Sequence record: MN871445.1 | Strand: one strand, 5' to 3' | DNA length: 64,000 nt | Shown here: positions 10,412 through 20,951 of the stretch, piece by piece | Layout: the number at the start of each line of letters is the position of its first letter | Numbering within the stretch: the first letter of the stretch is position 1 | Notes under the pieces: model-generated | Told to the model about the DNA's origin: nothing | The model's input: only the letters and a program-made list of their open reading frames with translations | Database searches by the model: none | Position numbers and translations under genes: made by a program

Positions 10412-11266
10412 ATGAAACAATATTTAAATGCAGTGCGACGTGTTGTGGATGAAGGCGTTTGGGTAGAAAACAAACGTACTGGCGAACGCTGTCTGACGGT
10501 AGTCAATGTCGACATGGAATACAATGTCGGTGCAGGTGACTGCCCTATAGTGACCACTCGCAAGGTCAACCCACGTCCCGCTATTGCGGAACTACTGGGA
10601 TATTTGCGCGGTTGCAGTAGTGCTGCCGAATTCCGTGCCCTCGGTACTCGGACTTGGGATGCTAACGCCAATGAAAACAACGCATGGCTGAACAATCCCA
10701 ACCGGAAAGGTACCGACGATATGGGTCGGGTATATGGGGTTCAAATGCGTAACTGGACCCGCCCCGATGGGTCTCAAGTGGACCAACTCCAGAAAGTCTA
10801 CGACCATCTCAAAGCAGGTGTTGATGACCGTGGGGAAATCCTCTCGATGTGGAATCCCGGTGAGTTTCATCTGGGTTGCCTACGCCCCTGCATGTACGAA
10901 CATCAATTCTCACTACTGGGCGACACCCTCTTCCTGAATTCCACCCAACGTAGTAACGACATTTTATTGGGTGGCGTCTTTAATGCCATTCAGGTTTATA
11001 CCCTGCTGGCGCTCATGGCACAAATCACAGGACATAAACCCGGGATTGCCAGACACCGCAGTGTAAATACCCACATCTATGAACCGCAATATACGGTGCT
11101 GATGCGGGAAGGTCAACTGGATCGTGAACCTTATCCCTCCCCTACTTTGAAAATCAACCCCTCCATTAAAACGTTGGAAGACGTACTTACGTGGGTAACG
11201 GTTGATGACTTTGTGGTTGAAGGGTATCAACACCATCCAGCTATTGTTTATCCGTTCAGCGTATAA
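10412..11266 (+). CDS. thyA: Thymidylate synthase
   Basis: [28 protein letters not shown], catalytic LRPCMY, QRSND, FN (dUMP-specifying Asn), NTHIY. Confidence 0.97.
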   Translation: MKQYLNAVRRVVDEGVWVENKRTGERCLTVVNVDMEYNVGAGDCPIVTTRKVNPRPAIAELLGYLRGCSSAAEFRALGTRTWDANANENNAWLNNPNRKGTDDMGRVYGVQMRNWTRPDGSQVDQLQKVYDHLKAGVDDRGEILSMWNPGEFHLGCLRPCMYEHQFSLLGDTLFLNSTQRSNDILLGGVFNAIQVYTLLALMAQITGHKPGIARHRSVNTHIYEPQYTVLMREGQLDREPYPSPTLKINPSIKTLEDVLTWVTVDDFVVEGYQHHPAIVYPFSV

Positions 11267-11277
11267 GGGTTAATAAA

Positions 11278-14200
11278 ATGACTGAGTCTATTTCAGAATA
11301 CCCACTGGCCCTAGAAGGCCAGACTTTTATTTACGTCATGCATATGGCTTTTCCAACCAATCCCCGCGGTAAACACATCCCAGTTAACGTTGCTGAACTT
11401 AAAGCAACTAATGTCATTCAGACTGCCGAAAATACCTGGGAGTTTGACTTGACTGGACTGCCTGGCCGATATGAAACCCACTACGGTTGGTCGCTGTGTC
11501 CCGATACCCCAGAAAACCGAACCCACATTCACGATTATCTGGAACTTAGACAGAAACAACAGCAGCTAGCAGGGCAGTGTGCTGCAGCGCATAAGCGGAT
11601 TGTATCTTTAAATGTGAGAGAAGATATATCCGACGTCTTCGGAGAGGTTTAGTGCGGAGGTTATATGCATGTGGTATCTTGCCCTACTTGCCACAAATAC
11701 ACGTGTATTTGTGGCAAACAATATTGCCTTCTATCCGATGAAGACCTAGAGTCACTCATCATTGCTCTGCGAGACCTACGGCGTACCCGTCAAGGTGATG
11801 GGGCTAACATGACGGAGGTAAGTCCGGGAATGTACGTGGTGCGTACCCAAGCTGGATTTAAGCAAGCGTTACGACACTACGTCGACGACGATGTAAAATT
11901 TAAATCCCTGTTGGAATACCCCCACAACTACCCGACCTCTTATCCATCATTGATTAGCATTTCCATCGAGTATCGCGGCTACGAATATTTCAAAGTCAAT
12001 ACCGTACACCTTAATTCCATAGTGGGTTAACACCATAAAAGGGAGGGTGAAAGCCCTCCCAATATGTTGTTTCTTTTTTATAGTCATGATTTAAAATATA
12101 ATTCCGAGGAAAAAAAGAATGCCATTTAAACTGAAGCAGGCTGAAGTCAACGCACAGAAAATCACTGATATTTCCCCAACCTTCTCTGGACACGACATAA
12201 CGTTGGAAGATGGTTCAACTTACTACGCCCACAGCGTCCCCGATGACATCGGACCCGGGGATTATTTCATCCCCCTAGAAAATGTAGTTTATGATGGATA
12301 CGACAGTGACTTTGTTCTCATGGAGAAACGCCAGTTTGAATCCATGTTTGTTGAAAAACAAACCAAAACAATCTGCCGGCGGTGTGGGTATGACATTTCT
12401 CCAGTGACTGATATTAACAGCAGGTGCCGATGCCACCCCAGCAAAGTCCAGCCATTTACCATTGACGAATAAAAAACTAAGGAGTAGGTATGTCGGACGC
12501 ACCACTCAAAGTGTTTGTATGTGTTAAATTTAAAGGATATTCTCCGGTAGGGAGCGCTGCTGTCGTGGTTGCAACAGATAAGGCCGAGGCCTGTGAGTTA
12601 TTAATGGTTGAACTGGCCAAATATGGGTTAAAGCAAGATATCACCGAAGACATGATAATCGAACTTAATACTTTAACCCGAAAGGCCGTTATTTTAGTCG
12701 ATGGGGATTATTAAATAAAAGGTAACACAATAATGATTAATTTACGTGATGACTACCCCAATATTAAAGCTACACAAATCCGGGAATTGGAACGTGCAAT
12801 AAATTCCACAAACTTAAAAGCTTATTCATGGCATCTTTTTACTAAGACCTACGCGGCAAATCCAACAGCGACATTAGATTGTCGCCGGGTTTCAGTTTCT
12901 AGATCGGGAGAATTGATGCTCTGGGGTGGGGCGCCGTACGGTCATGTGGACCTTACATTTACGCGAGGAGGGGTTGAGTTATCTGCTTCCAGGAATGTCT
13001 ATATGTCTCCTGAAGAAGCTGCGGTATATTTAGATGTCAACACCAATACTTATTTTGTCACCGTTACACCAACTTCTTGGAGCTAAAAATGCACATTGAT
13101 AAATATGTAAAATTAATCACGTCAGGAAGTTCAAATAACGAATTGACCGTAGACATCGATAGCGGTAAGTTCAGGGTCTATGGTGGGTGGAATTGGAATA
13201 CTGAAAATCTATCCATGCCTGGGCATGTAGAGTGTCTGATTCGTGCACGCCATGCATTAATTGCTAATCACATGGATGCAATTACGGTTTGCGATGGTGA
13301 CCCACGACATGCTATTTGGTATCTTGATGGGGCAATCGATGCACTTCTGGGAAGAAATATGTTTCCCGAATGCATACCCAACGAAGTGTGGGCTAAAGTT
13401 ACAATTAAGCACGACGAAAAATTAGTTGACGTCTTTAAAACCACGACCTGGAAAAACTGGGAAGCGGGGTTTATTACCACCCGTTTCGAGTATATTCCTC
13501 AGGCGCAAGAGGGGTTACGTTTAAAAATATCCACCGCTGTTACAATGGATTATAAATTTGACGAATGGATAGAATACGTAGCAGGTAGAAAAACCAAGGA
13601 ACTGGCGCTGGATGTACTAACTCAAGTGATGGAGCGTTAACAATGTCAACGCACATGTATATCTGCTCTTACCCTAAAGAAAAACTACCCCCAGAAATAT
13701 GCACCTCATGGAACCTGCATCTGGGAATAGACCATTATTCTATTCCTAGCGTTTGTATAGCACGGAGTGTTTACCTGTGGGACCACCGATTAAGTTACGT
13801 GTGCGAAGCGTTTGTTAAGTCCTTTCCTAAGCATACTGTACTTTCTCCGGATATGGAATTTTCAGTCAATGAAATGATGATACGCAAATTCATCTTGGAA
13901 ATGGAAGCCACATACTCAAACGCCGGCGGTATTGCTGAATTAAAAAGCATAGTTCGAAAATTTAATTTTGAAACGCACTACATGACCGTTTGGTGCGGTT
14001 GATAAAATTCAAACAATGGGTGGGGGTACCGCCCCCTTTATGCCGTTATCCAAAATTAACTGGTAAATTGAATAATAGAGGAGGTGGTCTATGCGACCAT
14101 TAAAACCGGGTATGTTGGCAATGGTAATCGGGTTGAAAAATAATCCAGAATTGAATGGGCGGTGCGTGAAACTCATTCAACTCGTGGAACCTGATGAGTC

Positions 14201-14429
14201 GTTTGTCATGCCGGTAGCCCCATTCGAAGTTAGACGGTATGGAAAAAATAATCCATCAGGATGGGTGTGTACTGGGGATATTCCTAAACGCCTTAATTCA
14301 ATTGTGGGTGGTTGGGGTATTTTTGGACCACAGAATTTGATGCCTCTGGAAGATGACGACCATCACTTTTGGGATGATACTGGGATTTATAATGATGCTC
14401 CTGGGTTTATTCGGAGTACGGTAAAATAA
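11278..14429 (+). CDS. Run of hypothetical proteins (11278..11652, 11665..12030, 12119..12472, 12490..12714, 12733..13086, ~13089..13640, 13643..14002, 14091..14429)
   Basis: Consecutive ORFs with SD sites; hairpins at 12041 and 14018. Confidence 0.65.
12041..12080 (+). terminator. Hairpin with AATATGTTG-T-rich tail
   Basis: GGGAGGGT-GAAA-GCCCTCCC then AATATGTTGTTTCTTTTT. Confidence 0.75.
14018..14046 (+). terminator. Hairpin with TTTATGCCG tail
   Basis: G-rich/C-rich stem then TTTATGCCG, after the stop at 14002. Confidence 0.65.
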
Positions 14430-15008
14430 ATGAATGAAATAACTTCCCTGAAGGAATATTTTTGTGGGGGAGAATATCTACAAAATATTCTTTTTTATAG
14501 AAAATGGTGCCATCACGGAACTGGGTTTGAACAATTCATTTCTGAGCACGTTTACCCTAAAGTGCCTTATGGCGAATTAAATTACGACTCCATTATCGAT
14601 TCCCCAGAATTTATTGACCGATTAACCAAATGGATACCCAATCGTTTTCAGTTTGTTTGCACTATGCTACTTCAAGATTTAAATAAATGCAAAGTAACTG
14701 AGTCTACTTGGGAAATCAACCGGGTAATAAGATGTCCTTCTACAAGTATAGAATCGTTATTTAGTAAACCTAAATATTACGGAAAATATTGGTCTGCCGG
14801 TATAGTTCCTTCACCGTGGGGTATCGGAGAATCGGTAGTAAATGACGCGACCATCTGGATTACAGCCATCGCACACGCCAAAGATATAAATTGGTTAGAG
14901 ACGGTACGTTCTAGAATGGACTTCGACAATGGTGATGATGAGCACGAAATCCAGTTATTTGAAGGTACTATATTACCCGACTTCACTTATTCTGCAGTAG
15001 CGTGTTAA
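14430..15008 (+). CDS. Putative R-S-ExE ADP-ribosyltransferase-fold protein
   Basis: EINRVI (R), GKYWSA (aromatic-S) and DDEHEIQL (ExE) in the order expected for cholera-toxin-like/T4 Alt-Mod ARTs. Confidence 0.5.
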   Translation: MNEITSLKEYFCGGEYLQNILFYRKWCHHGTGFEQFISEHVYPKVPYGELNYDSIIDSPEFIDRLTKWIPNRFQFVCTMLLQDLNKCKVTESTWEINRVIRCPSTSIESLFSKPKYYGKYWSAGIVPSPWGIGESVVNDATIWITAIAHAKDINWLETVRSRMDFDNGDDEHEIQLFEGTILPDFTYSAVAC

Positions 15009-15017
15009 GGAGCTATA

Positions 15018-17927
15018 ATGCAGCCATCTCTTCAAAGAACCGTGGAGTTCTTTTCTGAATTATCGAAAAGTCCATCTACGGTATTAGTTGCTACCAAAAC
15101 CACCATATTCGAGCGGCCCACGGATCATGGTGGAAATACCTATTCTGTTTCGATTCTACGAAACGTGATTACCTTACCCCGCAAAATAAATACCCTACAA
15201 ATGTCAATCGATGGCGCTAATCTTAGTATAGCAACACACTACGATAGCGAGATGGATTTGATCAATGACCAGATAGACCTTACCATCCGCATTGGGTTTT
15301 TACCTCGCGAAGATGAGTGGGCTGAGTTCCGCGGGATAAATGGAGCAAAAAAGGAATTAGGGTCTATACTGGATAAGACAATATCCGCATTACTTAGCCC
15401 CGAATACATCCCAATCGATCCGCATCAAATCTGTGAACGGATAATTGAGGTGATAAAGCAGGTTGACAAATATCAGGTGAGCAAACATGAAAATATGGCA
15501 TAGGTTATTTTCTACGTTGGTGGCGATACTGATGGTTCTTGTCGTCATCGTGGGCTGGTATGACTGGCCATGGATTGCCCAAAACATCGGCGTCATTACC
15601 TTTGCGTTAGCTATCGGGTATGGCGCAAGCAAATTCACTTCTTAAGGGGGTGCTATGACGCACGAAATCGAGTTAATCCGATATCAAAAAGGCCTTCCAC
15701 ACCCCTGGGTGGGAGTACCCCGCAAGAAGCGTCCGCGAGGTACTGCAGTAACGGTTGAACTTCAACGTGCCTGGTATCGGATTTATAAGGAAGAGTTGCA
15801 TAAAAAGAAATACCACATCTTCGATAAAACGCCGGAAGGTAAACGTTTGCGTAAATTGCGTAAATCGCAGATAGCAGCAACCAAAAACAAACTGAATTTT
15901 AGTTAAAGGGGAAATATCATGAGCAATAAATTTACCAAACAAAAATTCAACCCACTGGAACTGATTGAAAAAATGACTGGGGTAAATTCATCTCAAATAC
16001 CCCACGTCGCGTATGATCCAACTCTGCGACGTGCAGATTGCGATTATCGCATCATCCGCCAGCAATCCAACGACGGGACGCTGATCTTTACCCACGACCT
16101 TCTTTTGAAGACGTTGGCTCCCGTGGTAGAAAAAACGTCGTATTTTAAAGGTAATCCCCCAGAAGAAGGCCGCACATTAAAAGATATCAAATATACCGTA
16201 GGGCCGCTTTGGTTATCCACGGTGTTTGGTACGGTAGATCTTCCGGCGGGGCATTATCCGGGGCAGCGTGAACGCACCCGCATGCCGGTTAAAGTTGAAT
16301 ATATTTACGCGGAGTGAGATCATGGAAACTGGAAAAAGACAAACCATCATTATGGAAGCGGCGCTTGCCGATGGCGGAAAATTGCTGATGTTCGTCGATC
16401 GCCCGATTTACGACCATACCGATACTACGTTGAAAGGTGTGGGGGGTGATTTCTATTACTACGATATGCACACTTGCCCCATCAACTGGTTGCGTGAGGT
16501 AAGGCAGATTGCGTATGTTAGCCCAGAAGGTCAAGTAGAGATGGACCCTCACGGGGTGTTGCATTTTGCCGGCGCTATCCACAATACTGAAGTTCCTGAC
16601 GGATGTATGGAACGCGATGACTATTACTTGGGTATGGCCATCGAATACGTTCGCGAAGAGAAGTCTGTAGTTGATTTCCTGGATGGTATTGAAGCTGGCG
16701 TCCCTAACAGTGCATTGCGCAAACGTTGGCTGGAAATAATTTCTTCTAAGGCGGCATTGACTTCACTGGCTAAAAATTTGGTTACTCGTGGCGATGAATT
16801 GGTTTTGGAAGTAACTAAAATGGGATACAATCTCAGCATCCTGGGCGGCCATCCGTTCCTGGAAGTCGGATTTCCACCCACCACCGAATATGACTTGGTG
16901 AAAGAAATAGCTGAGTCTGATATATTGCAGGCTGGTTATCGGGGACAGTAATAGTTTAAATCAAAGCGGGCGACACCAATGAATATTAATCGACTTCCAG
17001 AACATCACTATACTCTCTCTTCTATGCAACATCCGATTAGTCCTGGCGAAACAATGTGGTTTGTTACCAGTCCTAAAGTGGTCACTTATCGTGATGTGGA
17101 TATTTGGATCTGCGATAAAGATTCGGGGAAAGTAAAAGAGATTGTTCCTTACACTGGGTTTACGGACTGGAGAACCGCCAACCGCCTGGAAGCACATGTA
17201 GAAGCTAATGCAGTTAACTTCTTATATCCGGCAGTAATCCTTCCACTTTCCCCAGAACTAGCTAAACTGACAAAATCTGGCTACAAGGGATTACTACAAA
17301 TTAAATAAGTAAATGAGGGACTGGCAACGTGGAAAGTAAGGATTGGAAAATCAATGCGGGGAGCTATCAAGCAGACTGGATGAAACTCCACAAAGGATTG
17401 AAAAAGCTAATCGACCCGGTCGCAAGTATCTCGGTAGTGCGGTGGATTGCTTACGACACCACCAATGGCGGCCACATAACCAAAGGCCATGACTTGAACG
17501 CTAATACTAACATCTCTGATTTTTTCACCGTACCTAACATCATCCCTAATCTATCCGACATCATTCGACACATCGACCAATCCGGAGGTGTTCGGGTACC
17601 GATGTGGAATGGTAGCATTAAAATGGATTTGGTTGTTCGGGTGACTTATGGCGCACAAAAAATCAAGAAAGGGAAACAAACAAAATGATCGAATTAGAAC
17701 CGAATGACCTGCAAGACATGAAAGATACGCTGAATGACGTACTTCTCGAAATGGGTCTTGACCCCGATAAATTCCTCGATCGCGCTACAAATATCGTATT
17801 AAATAAAGTCCCACTGCATATCGTCGCAACTGCCATTGAATGGGGGTGGAGCGATACGGTAGTGGGTGATGAACTGCTGGAATTCATGCGTGGCCAGAAA
17901 CAAGCATTGATTTCCCCAACCAATTAA
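15018..17927 (+). CDS. Run of hypothetical proteins (15018..15503, 15655..15906, 15919..16317, ~16322..16951, 16979..17308, 17329..17688, 17685..17927)
   Basis: Coupled ORFs with SD sites. Confidence 0.65.
15487..15645 (+). CDS. Small two-helix membrane protein, 52 aa (below ORF-track cutoff)
   Basis: Manual translation MKIWHRLFSTLVAILMVLVVIVGWYDWPWIAQNIGVITFALAIGYGASKFTS; fills the gap between 15503 and 15655. Confidence 0.65.
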   Translation: MKIWHRLFSTLVAILMVLVVIVGWYDWPWIAQNIGVITFALAIGYGASKFTS

Positions 17928-17944
17928 TAGTCTCGGACGATAGC

Positions 17945-18448
17945 ATGAAAAGAACCCGCGATATCAGGCATGTTCGGTTTAGAAAATGTCATAAAGTGGT
18001 ATTCATCATTGGGGCTTTAGGTTTGGCCGGATGTGATGATAGTCCAATCACCCCATTTTCAACAATCAGCCAATGCCAACAAACCTACCAATATAGTGCA
18101 GCACAGTGCCGCTCTATTTATGGTCAAGCAGTAGACCGGGCTAAAATAGACGGTAAACAATACCGTAGTCGCCAAGACTGCTTGGATGACAACCGTAATG
18201 AAGCAGACAAATACCAACGATGCCAATATACGGTACATGGGTCTTCTCCACATTACTTTTACGTACCCAAGTATTATAGCTATCGTCCCGGGTCTTACGC
18301 ACAACCGTTTTACCGGTCCAGAAATAGCAGTGAATTCACGTCGGCCACGGGTAAATCATTTACCTCAAAGTCAGGTGGTTTTAAAAGTACTAGCGTGCGT
18401 GGTGGGTTTGGCCGTTCAGTAAGTAGTCATGCTTCTTTTGGCGGATAA
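17945..18448 (+). CDS. DUF1190 (YgiB-like) lipoprotein
   Basis: Lipobox LGLAGC, Cys pairs, and a Ser/Gly-rich tail ending RGGFGRSVSSHASFGG. Confidence 0.75.
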   Translation: MKRTRDIRHVRFRKCHKVVFIIGALGLAGCDDSPITPFSTISQCQQTYQYSAAQCRSIYGQAVDRAKIDGKQYRSRQDCLDDNRNEADKYQRCQYTVHGSSPHYFYVPKYYSYRPGSYAQPFYRSRNSSEFTSATGKSFTSKSGGFKSTSVRGGFGRSVSSHASFGG

Positions 18449-18452
18449 ACTG

Positions 18453-18480
18453 GTGGGGGCAATTGCCCCCACTTTATATT
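18453..18480 (+). terminator. Intrinsic terminator
   Basis: GTGGGGGC-AATT-GCCCCCAC then TTTATATT. Confidence 0.75.
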
Positions 18481-18491
18481 GAGGTAGTGTT

Positions 18492-19277
18492 ATGAGCATT
18501 CCAAAAATACACGCAGTTCTTGAGCAATTGGAGCATGAGCACAACATCAGGATTTTATATGCGTGTGAGTTAGGTAGCCGTGTTTGGGGGTTTTCTTCAC
18601 CGAATAGCGATTACGATGTTCGGTTTATTTATGTTCGTCGTCCTGAAGACTATCTGTTAATACAGCCAAAGAAAGACACCATCACAACGTTTGCCGAAAA
18701 CAACACGTTAGACTTGGTGGGCTGGGATTTACGTAAAGTCCTCCATGAATTGTCTAAGAGTTCAATGGCTATCTTTGAATGGATTCATAGCCCCACGATA
18801 TATCGTCGTTCCGATCTTCATGCCGATCTGGTATTACGGTCCTCACAGTGGTTCTCCAGTATTCGGGCAGAATACTACTATAAAAATTTAGTCAAAACAA
18901 ATGTGGTCAGATACACTAACAATAAAGATGCAGTTATCTGGAAAAAGTATTTTACAGTAATACGTCTTATTTTGGCTGCAATGTGGATAGAGCAATACAA
19001 GGTGCCGCCCCCGTACTCCATCGATGCTTTATTGACTATTTTACCTGAGGCTGAAAGTGACATGGTGGATGTCATCCAAGGGTTGGTCGTGGCTTTATCA
19101 TCCAATCCGTACAATCACGTTCTTGTCGGCCCTGCAATCAAATCGATCCACGAGTTCACTGATAGATATCTAAATGGTCAGTTGGGCGGTGCGTATACCC
19201 TACCCGAGGTTATTCCGCACAACGTTGATATTAGTCAATTAGATGCCATTGCTGCAAAATACATACTGGAGAAATAA
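18492..19277 (+). CDS. DNA polymerase beta-superfamily nucleotidyltransferase (YcgL/COG3541-like)
   Basis: ILYACELGSRVWGFSSPNSDYDVRFIY (GS...DxD); LDLVGWDLRK. Confidence 0.9.
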   Translation: MSIPKIHAVLEQLEHEHNIRILYACELGSRVWGFSSPNSDYDVRFIYVRRPEDYLLIQPKKDTITTFAENNTLDLVGWDLRKVLHELSKSSMAIFEWIHSPTIYRRSDLHADLVLRSSQWFSSIRAEYYYKNLVKTNVVRYTNNKDAVIWKKYFTVIRLILAAMWIEQYKVPPPYSIDALLTILPEAESDMVDVIQGLVVALSSNPYNHVLVGPAIKSIHEFTDRYLNGQLGGAYTLPEVIPHNVDISQLDAIAAKYILEK

Positions 19278-19279
19278 AA

Positions 19280-19798
19280 ATGTTCGACATTGGTGCTGGA
19301 CAACATATTGCTTCGGGGCGAATGACCTTTACCGCAGATGCAGAAGAGATTGCGGAATACATTCGATTGGTTGTGGATTGGCCATACACCGAAAAATCTA
19401 TGGCTAAATTAAAATCAAACCATCCGTTTTTTTCAGACCCCCATTCTAAAGTTCTATTTAGAACCAGTACAGCCATTCCATCGATAATCCCGACACATGC
19501 AAGAGATCTTACTTTACTTGCATCTGGCGAATGGCTGTTTCAATTTGTGGCGGTATCTCAGGCCACATTGGAAACATACGAATTATTTTTAGATTGGGTG
19601 CGGCCACACCTCACCGCCGATAGTATCGAAACCCCATTAATTCGTTTCAGTGATCTAAAACGTAATTTTTGGGGGACTAAATATAAGTGGCATCAGTTAT
19701 TTATCTCTGGCACGGATATGATTGTAGAAAAGAAATATTATCCGGTTGAAGATGATAGCTGGGAGCGGCCGTGGAATCTGTACATTAGTAATTATTAA
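19280..19798 (+). CDS. Hypothetical protein, family C copy 1
   Basis: HPFFSD, TYE.FLDW..PH, TPLI and W..LFI.G shared with the next ORF. Confidence 0.8.
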   Translation: MFDIGAGQHIASGRMTFTADAEEIAEYIRLVVDWPYTEKSMAKLKSNHPFFSDPHSKVLFRTSTAIPSIIPTHARDLTLLASGEWLFQFVAVSQATLETYELFLDWVRPHLTADSIETPLIRFSDLKRNFWGTKYKWHQLFISGTDMIVEKKYYPVEDDSWERPWNLYISNY

Positions 19799-19811
19799 GG
19801 GGGATAAATAA

Positions 19812-20309
19812 ATGGGCCATCATTTTACTACTATGGGTAAAATCACACTACGTTCGGATACGCCGCAAGAAGTGTTGGATTTTATCGTAGCGTCTAAAGA
19901 CGCATCTGATTTTTATGTACCGCGACTGACGGATATCTCTCACCCTTTCTTTTCGGATACGAGGAAGTACGATCTATTTATGTGGTCCCGAGAAGAAAAC
20001 CCCTGCGTGACCCGCCGGTTTTCACTGATAACTCAAGCCGACGGTAACCATCTCTTGCATTTCGCATCGATGTCAAAAACAACATCGCACACGTACGAGG
20101 ATTTTTTGGATTGGTTGAAACCACACGTTATTATTGTGGACCCCAAAACACCATTGATTGGCGTACAGCCAGACGATGATGAATATGATAGCAATGGCCC
20201 TTCGTATTGGTGGTCAGAGCTATTTATTGTTGGTGGTGCGGTTGTGCGTAAAGACAAAAAATCCCGGCATGAAATGTGGTACAGCAAACCCTGGGATTCG
20301 TTTGACTAG
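19812..20309 (+). CDS. Hypothetical protein, family C copy 2
   Basis: Tandem paralog of 19280..19798. Confidence 0.8.
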   Translation: MGHHFTTMGKITLRSDTPQEVLDFIVASKDASDFYVPRLTDISHPFFSDTRKYDLFMWSREENPCVTRRFSLITQADGNHLLHFASMSKTTSHTYEDFLDWLKPHVIIVDPKTPLIGVQPDDDEYDSNGPSYWWSELFIVGGAVVRKDKKSRHEMWYSKPWDSFD

Positions 20310-20360
20310 CGGCATATAGGGAGGGCAATTGCCCTCCCTCATTTATATTGGCTTTTTTTT
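20310..20360. terminator. Bidirectional terminator at a convergent junction
   Basis: CGGCATAT + AGGGAGGGC-AATT-GCCCTCCCT + T-rich tract. Confidence 0.8.
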
Positions 20361-20799
20361 ATTTCAGTGCATGTACTGTTTTGCCATTGCTATTGACGAT
20401 GTAGAGTTCATCGCCCGGGTAAAAGAACTCGTAATCCACAGTACATTCTTCAGGACCATTGATGTGAGTCACTAATACCCCGATGGCGTCAGTAACCTCG
20501 TTGGTGCCTGGGGACGCACCTAACAGCACCGTTTCTTTACCATATACGTTGTCGCGATATACGGTAACACCAGAAATCTGAAATGATTCCATACCACCCA
20601 ACTCAACCGTCTCACCCTGAACTTCACGGACTGATTCTGCTGTCCGTAGAATTTCATCAAAATCGTCTGGGTCAGTAGGATTTTTGGTGTAGTTGATGGC
20701 TTCGTTGTAGGCTTTCCCGTGCCGGGTGCCGATGGTGATGTCTTCATCGTGTTCTGATAAATGGATATCGCCATTGATAATACGTTTTACTGTTAACAT
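20359..20799 (-). CDS. Hypothetical protein (solitary minus-strand gene)
   Basis: 146-aa ORF with upstream AGGAA SD, ending at the bidirectional hairpin; no competing + strand gene. Confidence 0.75.
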   Translation of the reverse strand: MLTVKRIINGDIHLSEHDEDITIGTRHGKAYNEAINYTKNPTDPDDFDEILRTAESVREVQGETVELGGMESFQISGVTVYRDNVYGKETVLLGASPGTNEVTDAIGVLVTHINGPEECTVDYEFFYPGDELYIVNSNGKTVHALK

Positions 20800-20951
20800 A
20801 GTTTATATTCCTGTTGCTATTAATAGTGCTAGTAGTGGTGAGTTGTGGCAATAAACCACATAGTATTGTGTGGTTTTAATGATGAAGTTATTTTTTACTG
20901 GGTTGTAGTATCACATGACATATCCAACATTCCTCTGAGGGGAGCACTAAC

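Noticed and set aside
10412-11266. thyA as a base-hypermodification enzyme (dCMP/dUMP hydroxymethylase)
   Set aside because: It keeps the dUMP-specifying Asn (VFN) and looks like an ordinary full-length ThyA; no kinase or transferase partners are adjacent
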